This document shows positions 30,219 through 37,927 of a stretch of DNA of 64,000 bases, one piece after another. The notes beneath the pieces were generated by a model. The model had not been told where the DNA came from and did not search any database. It worked only from the letters and a program-made list of their open reading frames with translations. Positions within the stretch are counted from its first letter, which is position 1, and each line of letters opens with the position of its first letter. The translations under genes and the position numbers were made by a program. Source of the stretch: a virus (Duplodnaviria; Caudoviricetes); IMG/VR virus record IMGVR_UViG_3300005841_000939; one strand, 5' to 3'.

Positions 30219-30552
30219 ATCCCAATTTGCGCAATGATTCTTCCGTATACTGAAAGGTATACATTCCCCAAAATACCTTTGCATGAGGAGGAAATAGAAC
30301 AATTAGCGTCATAAAATTATCTTTCCGATCATGAACATGAAATAATGTCATTTCTTCATGTTCAAACATTTTGAAAAGAGTTTGCCAGGGATTCAAATCA
30401 AATTTATCAATTGCGATTGAATGCTTCAAAATCCATTCATCCTGGTTTTCTTTAGGAACTCTGACAGTTCCAAGCACAGATGCCTCTAATGCAGCTTTCA
30501 GTTCCTCATCAGTATAAGGCATTTGTACAAAAGGAGTGGTGTCGTCTGGCAT
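30205..30552 (-). CDS. hypothetical protein
   Basis: ORF directly behind class II motif 30562-30585. Confidence 0.65.
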   Translation of the reverse strand: MPDDTTPFVQMPYTDEELKAALEASVLGTVRVPKENQDEWILKHSIAIDKFDLNPWQTLFKMFEHEEMTLFHVHDRKDNFMTLIVLFPPHAKVFWGMYTFQYTEESLRKLGFNKT

Positions 30553-30590
30553 ACCTTCTTCTATCATGTTTTATGTTATGGTCAAGGTAC

Positions 30591-30846
30591 AAAAAGAAAC
30601 ACCCTGCACTTCTCATGTCAGGGTGTTTCGGGGTTGCCGAGTTCTGTAGGATATTGGGGTTCAGGGTAGTCTAAGCTACCCTAAGTACATCGGAATGGCG
30701 TAGTCATTGCTCCGCTTCCTCTTGCCCGGACTTTGCCGGGTGTTGCCTGGGGCTTCCAGATGTCCGATTAGCAGCAACCGTTTATTGTCTGATCCATCAA
30801 GCGATACGCCTTTTTTGGATCTTTATGGCGCTGCATCATCGTAGCG
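30591..30846 (-). ncRNA. candidate structured ncRNA (~255 nt), may include a 23-aa uORF
   Basis: Own promoter TTGCAT-N15-TATAGT (30879-30853) and terminator (30628-30591); long-range helix GGTTGCTG/CGGCAACC; several hairpins. Confidence 0.5.
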
Positions 30847-30938
30847 AGATTCACTATACGAGGCTCACCTTATATGCAAGGGTAATTTTATGGCCATCTA
30901 ATCCTTGCAATAAGGATATTAGGTAGTACACTTCTGTT

Positions 30939-31736
30939 ATGAAAAGCATCACTCTGTTGTTAATATCATCAGTAATTGTTGCAAGTGAAAACAATGTGAT
31001 TGAGGTACCAACCTTGGCGAATGTGAATCATTCCTGGACTATTCAGGGTGAGGAGAATATGTTCGCTGGCGATGATTCGCGAACCTTTTCATTGACTTCG
31101 GCATATGAATGGGGAAATAATCGTATCCTTTTCAATTACGATATGTTAACACAGTTTGATAATTATAATTGGGAACGCATCAATTCGGGTCTTAACATTC
31201 GTCACAACACCGTTTTGCGTACGGATCGCTTGGATGGAATCTATTCATACAAGTTTGGTGATGATTCCTTATATCTTAGAGCTGGCACGGGTTTCAGACT
31301 CTACAGCAACCTCGGTGGTGGAGAACTGCAAACGTTCATCCATCGTGATTTGCTGCACGATTTCAACACCACAACTCCTAGTGCCCTGAGACATTATGAT
31401 GATAAGAATGATTTAGCGGCACTTGGCCAAATCATTTCGGCTGGCATCATTGGTGACCGTTTCGGTGGATTCTTCAATATGAATGCTGATGCATCAACTT
31501 CCGAAGAGTTGAACGCTAGCGGATTCGCTGGCATCCATATCAATAAAACCTTTTTTGTGGGTGGTTGCTTCAATCAGGAAATAAATCCAGTGAGCGAGAC
31601 TGCTAGGTCATACCACGGCACTCCCAGGGATGAGAACAACATCGGCATTCGTTTGGCATTCATGAGCAACCATTTTTATTCGGATATTTGCTACACTACT
31701 GGCATGGGCCATTTCCGAGTAGGCTTCACGTTTTAA
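30939..31736 (+). CDS. secreted outer-membrane beta-barrel-like protein (LpxR/DUF2219-like N-terminus)
   Basis: Signal-peptide-like N-terminus; ENMFAGDDSRTF; C-terminal FRVGFTF. Confidence 0.55.
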   Translation: MKSITLLLISSVIVASENNVIEVPTLANVNHSWTIQGEENMFAGDDSRTFSLTSAYEWGNNRILFNYDMLTQFDNYNWERINSGLNIRHNTVLRTDRLDGIYSYKFGDDSLYLRAGTGFRLYSNLGGGELQTFIHRDLLHDFNTTTPSALRHYDDKNDLAALGQIISAGIIGDRFGGFFNMNADASTSEELNASGFAGIHINKTFFVGGCFNQEINPVSETARSYHGTPRDENNIGIRLAFMSNHFYSDICYTTGMGHFRVGFTF

Positions 31737-31739
31737 GCG

Positions 31740-31809
31740 TGTCGCGATTCAATATTAAATCCTATTAAATTAGCTGATTGCGACATGATGTCGGGATTTA
31801 TGTCGCGAT
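31740..31809. repeat. TGTCG(C/G)(G/A)AT repeats, 3 direct + 1 inverted
   Basis: 31740, 31777 (inverted), 31789, 31801. Confidence 0.6.
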
Positions 31810-31929
31810 CCGTTAGTTATCATGCAATTTATATATTGCAAGTAATAGGTCTTGATATGCATGGTTTAAAAGAATGTTGATTTTAAGGGCCAGGGTGTAC
31901 AGTGCAAATATAGAAACAGGAGAGTAATC

Positions 31930-32367
31930 ATGCACGATCTGTTCGCTCAAGTGAATACGAATGCACCCTTCACCATCGATCAGGATGACCTGGCCGAGTT
32001 CGCTGCCGAGCAGGGCTGGAAGGTGAGGACGGATTCCGATGCCATGCGGGTACATGAAATCATCTACACCAAACCCATCGAAGGAAATTCACATTACGAG
32101 TTCCAAATTTGGACGGGTGTGCATCGCCCCTCAGCACCACGTCCTGGCAAGCATCCCTTCCGAATCTTCGGATACAACAATGTCCTGAAGCAGAATCGCA
32201 CACACGAAGAAGTCGTCCTGCATCGCCCGGGATGGCGCATCAATGTCCCGATGACGATGGCACGCATGGAGGCGAAGCTGCGTGAACGCTGGATGAATCC
32301 GAAGCGTCCCCGGATGCTTGCTGCAGGTTACGTGGTGACCGAGTTCGGACAGCAGGTCCGATACTGA
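31930..32367 (+). CDS. hypothetical protein
   Basis: Own promoter; terminator 32371-32404. Confidence 0.75.
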   Translation: MHDLFAQVNTNAPFTIDQDDLAEFAAEQGWKVRTDSDAMRVHEIIYTKPIEGNSHYEFQIWTGVHRPSAPRPGKHPFRIFGYNNVLKQNRTHEEVVLHRPGWRINVPMTMARMEAKLRERWMNPKRPRMLAAGYVVTEFGQQVRY

Positions 32368-32437
32368 ATCAAAGAAGGGGTGCCAGCAATGGCGCCCTTT
32401 CTTATTGCATCTTAGTAAGGATACATACACTCACAAT

Positions 32438-32617
32438 ATGTATCCTGAATTTCATGAATTAGTTCCTTTGTTCAATAAGGCCAATCAGGGAGGGTTTATG
32501 CGTTTAGGTCAATGGTTCCTAAACACATATGATCCTTTGGCCGATAATATGGAACTTTTCTATTGTACTGATCAAAAGCATGCTATGGACCTCATCAGGT
32601 TGACCTATTACAAATAG
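32438..32617 (+). CDS. small hypothetical protein
   Basis: TTGCAT-N15-TACACT, near-leaderless. Confidence 0.65.
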   Translation: MYPEFHELVPLFNKANQGGFMRLGQWFLNTYDPLADNMELFYCTDQKHAMDLIRLTYYK

Positions 32618-32666
32618 TCCTCATAATTAATCCTTGCAGTCAGGCCTTTCCGTATACGATCAATCC

Positions 32667-32984
32667 AACGAACCAGCCAACACGCTAAGATGCGTGAGAA
32701 AATAACGGGGAAGGACAATGAACACTTGAGAACGTCACTCCATCCCCAACAGCATCTGTGCTGACGGGTGGGAGCTAAATTACGCAGATGTAGGCATGGG
32801 GTAGTTAGTCGAATCTCACCCATGTTGAAACTGAAATATAATCGGCAAACGATTGCTTGATTAGTCCATGCTTGCGATCCCGCTGCACTGTGGCCACTCT
32901 GCAGGTCTGCCCGCACTCCGATTTATCATTCAAATTCGTACTAGAACACCCCTGGGCAGACGTGCTCAAGGGTGTCTTGTTTTT
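32667..32984 (+). ncRNA. candidate structured ncRNA/cis-regulator (~320 nt)
   Basis: Promoter TTGCAG-N15-TACGAT (32634-32660); no credible ORF; multiple stems; terminator 32944-32984. Confidence 0.5.
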
Positions 32985-33114
32985 CAGGCTTCCTTTTTCT
33001 ACCTTCCTAGAACTAGGAAAATAATCCTTGCAAGTAAGGTCAGTTACTTACGATGTGAGTATCAAAGCAAGCAACCAAACCAATCAACCCACTCGCTTGC
33101 AAAGGATAAAAATC

Positions 33115-33456
33115 ATGGCTCACGGCATCAAGTACTGCAATAATGGTGTGCATAAGTTCATCGGCCTCGGCACTGTCCTGATCAAAAAGGATGTGCTCGC
33201 ATTCATGACGGAAGATGATCTTCCGAAGGGCTGGATGCACTACAAGGAGTTCGCTCGCAAGGCTGATATTTCGCTCCAGCGGATCTCCGAACTGGTCAAG
33301 ACGGGAGTCCTGGCGCATCGGCGACATCAGCGTGAAGGTCAGCGTGGTCGTCCGCTGCTGATGATCGCTGTAACCGAAGTCAAGCGGGTCCAGGAGTTCA
33401 AGGATCTGGTGAAGCGTGCTGCCGAACTTGGCTATAAGGCTGTTCCCAAGAAGTAA
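33115..33456 (+). CDS. HTH/excisionase-like DNA-binding protein
   Basis: EFARKADISLQRISELVKTG HTH-like; RGRP motif; promoter and terminator. Confidence 0.6.
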   Translation: MAHGIKYCNNGVHKFIGLGTVLIKKDVLAFMTEDDLPKGWMHYKEFARKADISLQRISELVKTGVLAHRRHQREGQRGRPLLMIAVTEVKRVQEFKDLVKRAAELGYKAVPKK

Positions 33457-33587
33457 GCAGAAAGATCCCAGGCAACCATGCTTGGGATTTTTTATTGCCT
33501 AATATATCTGCGACTATCATGCTTAGGTAATGTGTCAAATATAAAAATGAGGCTTGACACCATCCTAATACCCTGTAAAGTGCAATT

Positions 33588-33809
33588 ATGAACGCAACCA
33601 CCATCAACAATGCGGTTTCCATCATCAGTGCAGGCATCCTTCCGAATGGTGTGAAGGTCCTGGAAATCGGCTACGATGGTACGCATGATGGATATATCAA
33701 TGCGCCCGTTGCTCTGAATTTTGATGGTGTCCAATACGGCCGTTCCTCACACAATTCCGATTCCATGCGTATCACTTATCGGTCTGATAAGAAGTTCGCA
33801 ACCAAATAA
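33588..33809 (+). CDS. hypothetical protein
   Basis: Own class I promoter, leaderless. Confidence 0.7.
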   Translation: MNATTINNAVSIISAGILPNGVKVLEIGYDGTHDGYINAPVALNFDGVQYGRSSHNSDSMRITYRSDKKFATK

Positions 33810-33823
33810 ACAGGAGAAAAATC

Positions 33824-34135
33824 ATGACCGAAGCCATCGCCAACGTTTTCGCCGAAGCCATCAAGGGGAACCAGGACTATCGCATCGAGGAAAAGCGAAG
33901 CGCAAAACCCGACCCGCAATTCGGCAGCACTTCGGAATTGGTGTGCTACATCGCACATCATAAGAATGGCACGAAGGCCTTGGTGTCATGGAGTGATCGG
34001 TGTCCTGCTTGGTTGAAGGATACAGCAATTCCGTTCAACCCTGCATATCACGGATGGCCCGAAATCAAGCGCCCAGCCCCTAAGAAGGTCCCAAATCGCG
34101 CAAGCAATGGGCGCTTCCTTCCCAAGTCCAAGTAA
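33824..34135 (+). CDS. hypothetical protein with C-terminal RxxxGRF motif
   Basis: AGGAG RBS; NRASNGRFLPKSK. Confidence 0.75.
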   Translation: MTEAIANVFAEAIKGNQDYRIEEKRSAKPDPQFGSTSELVCYIAHHKNGTKALVSWSDRCPAWLKDTAIPFNPAYHGWPEIKRPAPKKVPNRASNGRFLPKSK

Positions 34136-34138
34136 TAG

Positions 34139-34170
34139 AAAAAGGACAAGTAATGAGCTTGTCCTTTTCT
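34139..34170. terminator. bidirectional intrinsic terminator
   Basis: AAAAAGGACAAG..CTTGTCCTTTT. Confidence 0.75.
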
Positions 34171-34227
34171 TACCTTAATTGATTGTGTTTGCTATCATGC
34201 TTTGATGATAGTCAAATGAAAAAACTA

Positions 34228-34458
34228 TCAGGGAGCACAGTTCCTGGTAGCATAAGCCATATTGACCCGACCGCTATAGAGCATGGCGGAGAGCAAAATT
34301 CCAGCAACACCCATGAAAAGAAGAACAATTCGCCAGTTTTCAAGACCATGAATTGGCGTTCCGAACTTCAACATCAGCCAGATGATAATACCAACCAATC
34401 CCATGATCCGAGTGATCAGGATATTGTCATTTCTCAGGTGATTTACTTTGGTATCCAT
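34228..34458 (-). CDS. small two-TM membrane protein
   Basis: Two hydrophobic helices. Confidence 0.6.
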   Translation of the reverse strand: MDTKVNHLRNDNILITRIMGLVGIIIWLMLKFGTPIHGLENWRIVLLFMGVAGILLSAMLYSGRVNMAYATRNCAP

Positions 34459-34540
34459 GTGATTATATTACTCCTTATATGGTAAAGTCAATAATAAAAA
34501 CAAGGGTTGACTCCATTCTAAGTGCTGTATAGTAAGGAAT

Positions 34541-34840
34541 ATGAACGCCAACGACACGCTTTTTATGACGATGGCCACCCCTGAGCGTGATCCTATGCTC
34601 TACATCAATGATGCTGCAAACGCATCGGTCAAGGAGTGCGTGCGACTCCTGAGTGACAATCCGACCAGCAGCATTAAAAAGGTCATCACCATTCAGGATC
34701 ATGGCGTCCATACGTTCACTGGTTACCCGTATTCGCGTGATACGAATATTTTCCATGTGATGGATCGTCTGGATCGGAACATGAATGTTAAGGAAATCGA
34801 ATACAACGTTGATACGAATGCATATGAAGAATCAATGTAA
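34541..34840 (+). CDS. hypothetical protein
   Basis: TTGACT-N15-TATAGT at 34507, leaderless. Confidence 0.7.
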   Translation: MNANDTLFMTMATPERDPMLYINDAANASVKECVRLLSDNPTSSIKKVITIQDHGVHTFTGYPYSRDTNIFHVMDRLDRNMNVKEIEYNVDTNAYEESM

Positions 34841-35087
34841 GACGGGTGGTCCCGTAGTTGCGCGCTACAAATTCAACGGGCGCACCCGAATCATTTATGG
34901 AAAGCTCCATTCAGTTGATGGAACTTCCTGGGTTACTGTTGAAGTCCAAACATGGAATGATGGAAAAAAGGGTTTTGACTTTTTAGCCTGTAGGAAGTAC
35001 AACGTTAAAGACTGCACGCAAGAGGAAGTAGACTTCTACAACAAACAAGTTGAGGGGTGGGCTAAAGAACCCGCTGCAATAAAATGA
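34824..35087 (+). CDS. hypothetical protein
   Basis: Packed ORF. Confidence 0.6.
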   Translation: MKNQCKTGGPVVARYKFNGRTRIIYGKLHSVDGTSWVTVEVQTWNDGKKGFDFLACRKYNVKDCTQEEVDFYNKQVEGWAKEPAAIK

Positions 35088-35296
35088 GCAAAGCTACTGA
35101 ATTAGTTGAAGAACTGAACAAAAAGCAAAAGGAGTTTTGGGAAGTTGAACGCAAAGAAAACGAAGCATATGCCGAAGCTGAAAAACAATACAATATCAGA
35201 TATGGCATATATAAAGAAATGGAAAAATTGAAGAGAGAACTTGACGAACTTCCTGAGGAAGAAAAAGAAGGGGTTGAGTTCCATAAGCTGCCGTAA
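35084..35296 (+). CDS. coiled-coil acidic protein
   Basis: ATGA overlap. Confidence 0.65.
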   Translation: MSKATELVEELNKKQKEFWEVERKENEAYAEAEKQYNIRYGIYKEMEKLKRELDELPEEEKEGVEFHKLP

Positions 35297-35339
35297 AATA
35301 ATACCTTGCAATAGGTATGAGGACCATATAGTTAAGCCC

Positions 35340-35420
35340 ATGAGCAAAGAAACCAAAAAACTGATCATCGCTTCCATCGGGCTTATCGCCTGCATCCTCC
35401 TGGCTGGCATCGCCAAGTAA
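35340..35420 (+). CDS. 26-aa membrane peptide
   Basis: MSKETKKLIIASIGLIACILLAGIAK; ATG 7 nt after TTGCAA-N15-TATAGT. Confidence 0.55.
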   Translation: MSKETKKLIIASIGLIACILLAGIAK

Positions 35421-35430
35421 GGGATTCATC

Positions 35431-35643
35431 ATGGTCTCCTTCACAACTGATGTTGTCACTCACACTTTCCATGCTGAATTTTCGGAAGAAGAGGTGAAGG
35501 CTATCCTTCTTGATCATATCCGAAAGAACGATCCCAAGGCGAAGCTGGTGAAGCATGGTTCCGATGAAAAGTTCGATGTAACGTTTCACATCGGGCATGA
35601 CATTCTTCGGAACGTCACTGTCGAATGCAAGGTGATCAAGTAA
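35431..35643 (+). CDS. hypothetical protein
   Basis: ORF. Confidence 0.65.
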   Translation: MVSFTTDVVTHTFHAEFSEEEVKAILLDHIRKNDPKAKLVKHGSDEKFDVTFHIGHDILRNVTVECKVIK

Positions 35644-35647
35644 ACAC

Positions 35648-35863
35648 ATGCATCTCCCTCTTGCGTCATTGCGCGAAAAGTTAGGAGTAACTCAGACAGA
35701 GCTTGCCAAGAGGTTGAACATTTCCCAGCCCTCAGTTTCACATATCGAAAGCAGCCAAAACCTGCACGTCAGTACATTGAAAAAATATGTAGAGGCTCTC
35801 GGTTGTACGTTGGAAATCGTTGCAAAATCCCCTGGCAAAAAATCCATCATCCTTTTTAATTAG
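35648..35863 (+). CDS. XRE-family HTH regulator
   Basis: LREKLGVTQTELAKRLNISQPSVSHIE. Confidence 0.88.
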   Translation: MHLPLASLREKLGVTQTELAKRLNISQPSVSHIESSQNLHVSTLKKYVEALGCTLEIVAKSPGKKSIILFN

Positions 35864-35872
35864 AAATTAATC

Positions 35873-36103
35873 ATGGAATATTCCTTCACTATCCCCAATC
35901 CATCCTTCATCGGAAATGTTCCTGTCAAGAAGGGTGATGTAATTTCCTGGGGTGGATCAGATAATGAAGGTAAGTCCTCAGTGACATACGCTTTCTATAT
36001 CAATGATAAAACCCGTGTTGAGAATAAAGGGGATATGCTGCATAAGTATCTCACTCGCACCAGGAATCGTGCTGACGCTGAGAAGCTCCTTAATAAGAAA
36101 TAA
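35873..36103 (+). CDS. hypothetical protein
   Basis: ORF. Confidence 0.6.
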   Translation: MEYSFTIPNPSFIGNVPVKKGDVISWGGSDNEGKSSVTYAFYINDKTRVENKGDMLHKYLTRTRNRADAEKLLNKK

Positions 36104-36158
36104 GGCTTGCATTCTCCTAATCCCTTGTACAGTAGAGTTATCACAAGGGATAACAATT

Positions 36159-36638
36159 ATGACGCAGGTCAATTTTTTCTATCGCAATGATCAGTTGATC
36201 CTCGAATACTATATGATCTATTTCGAGATTCCTTTCTCAATGGATCCTACGGGTGAGGATGACATGGTTGCCTACGATGATTTGGTGCATGTTGCTACCC
36301 GAACTTTTGAGAGGCATTTTTCCCCGATTCATTCGGAACGTACGCACATGCCGGAAGAGCATCCCATCCTTGCTGAAAGTGAGGACTTCATTCTCTTCCT
36401 GGCAAACAATGGCCAGACCTGGGCAATCGTGCTGGGCATCAAAGTAAACAGCACCATTCCGAATACATATGAAACGGGTGCAAAGATTCAGGCCTTTTTC
36501 CGTGGCATGATGATCGTCTATCCGAACTCCTGGCGATACAGGACCTGCGATTTGAGCACATCACCAATCAAAGTTGGTGAACAAATTCCGGCATATGTGA
36601 CTTCGTGTGCATGGTGCAGAGAAACTGTTCCTGCATAA
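36159..36638 (+). CDS. hypothetical protein
   Basis: TTGCAT-N15-TACAGT upstream. Confidence 0.7.
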   Translation: MTQVNFFYRNDQLILEYYMIYFEIPFSMDPTGEDDMVAYDDLVHVATRTFERHFSPIHSERTHMPEEHPILAESEDFILFLANNGQTWAIVLGIKVNSTIPNTYETGAKIQAFFRGMMIVYPNSWRYRTCDLSTSPIKVGEQIPAYVTSCAWCRETVPA

Positions 36639-36645
36639 AAACGTT

Positions 36646-36872
36646 GATACCCTGGGGGGCTTTTAAGGCCTCACCCCAGGGTATCCCCTTTATTGGCGGA
36701 CCAAGTTGCGATCTTGGTCGGATAGTGATCAAACTTCCTTGCCAACAGGATTGATTTGTATACCGCTCTCCATCGAAGCGGGGCATTTAAGCTAGTTGTA
36801 ATCAACGAGTGATCAAACACGGGGGATTGGTTACCTCCATCGTCCTATTACAAGCAGGACTGCTTTGCCCTT
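36646..36872 (-). ncRNA. candidate small structured RNA behind class II motif
   Basis: Class II motif 36902-36879; repeat GTTTGATCACT x2; hairpins; 12-bp terminal stem. Confidence 0.4.
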
Positions 36873-36964
36873 ACGTTGTATCATGTCATTAGATACTGTC
36901 AAGGTTATATTTAATAAGGTATTTGAGGTATTGACTTGCCTTATATGTGATGTAGTATGACGGT

Positions 36965-37219
36965 ATGAAAACGATTTTTGATGCATTCATGCTTGAAGTT
37001 GAACATCAGGTCATCTTCATGTGGTCGCAAATTCAGGAAAGCGAAACACATCAATTTTACGTTCATGTATGGGAAGACAAGAACGGGATTCAATATCGGG
37101 TCACCATTGAGGAACCAAATGGTCCGTGCATGATTATCAAGTATTCGGATCGTCTTGATGAAGTCCTAGATGCTCTGGCAGAATACATCAACAATTGCAA
37201 GGAGTGTGCTGTTGCATAA
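36965..37219 (+). CDS. hypothetical protein
   Basis: TTGACT-N16-TAGTAT, leaderless. Confidence 0.7.
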   Translation: MKTIFDAFMLEVEHQVIFMWSQIQESETHQFYVHVWEDKNGIQYRVTIEEPNGPCMIIKYSDRLDEVLDALAEYINNCKECAVA

Positions 37220-37269
37220 GTGAAAATTGTTGATATTATTTGAATCAACAATTTAAAAAGGACAATCTT

Positions 37270-37887
37270 ATGTGTACAGACACAGATAAATTTTACAAGG
37301 GCAATATTTACAGAGCCCGTGACGGAAAAACCACATTGGTCAGCACACAAAAGACTGGCCTCAATGATCAAAATGTGTGGGTAATTCACAGTACCACTAA
37401 CCCAAAATACAGCAAGGGTCAATGGTTCCGTGGTTCAATGGGTCATGCACTCCCATGCAAGAATCCTCGTGGTTTCACTGAATCGGAACGTGAATGTCGT
37501 TTGCATCAACTTGATGCAGTTTCATATTCAGGTGATGATTTGTCATGGAATGATGTTGATAAGCTGGTCCTCAGCGATGCAGACAAGCTAGTCCCTAATC
37601 TCGCAATTGATGACATGGTTTCATTGAATGCGCCAGTCAAGGCAGTTGAAGTCAAAAAGCCTGTAGCATCAGTTGCAGCTCCTACAGCTAAAAAGCTGTC
37701 TGTTGCTGTTGTTCGTGATCCACAAGCCAAACCAAGCACTTCAAACGCCAAGGTCAGTGCAAAGGTAAAGAAGGTTGTTGCAAGCACTGGTTGGAAATCA
37801 CAGAAGCGCGATAGCTCAGGGCGTTTCCTCAGCAAATCAAAGGTTGTTGCAGGTCAGAAGCGTGATCGTAACGGACGTTTCGTCTAA
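37270..37887 (+). CDS. hypothetical protein, basic tail with two RDxxGRF motifs
   Basis: KRDSSGRF and KRDRNGRFV at C-terminus. Confidence 0.75.
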   Translation: MCTDTDKFYKGNIYRARDGKTTLVSTQKTGLNDQNVWVIHSTTNPKYSKGQWFRGSMGHALPCKNPRGFTESERECRLHQLDAVSYSGDDLSWNDVDKLVLSDADKLVPNLAIDDMVSLNAPVKAVEVKKPVASVAAPTAKKLSVAVVRDPQAKPSTSNAKVSAKVKKVVASTGWKSQKRDSSGRFLSKSKVVAGQKRDRNGRFV

Positions 37888-37895
37888 GAGCACGC

Positions 37896-37922
37896 TTGAC
37901 AGCAGGCCTTAAGGCGTAGACT
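37896..37922 (+). promoter_or_regulatory. class I promoter for large ncRNA candidate
   Basis: TTGACA-N15-TAGACT. Confidence 0.7.
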
Positions 37923-37927
37923 TCACA

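Noticed and set aside
30632-30735. RNase P-like (AAAGTCCGGGC, ACAGAACTCGGC) or SRP helix-8-like (TCC..GGAAGC) words in the 30.6-kb RNA
   Set aside because: Spacing and pairing do not fit either family; the words are explained by local hairpins.
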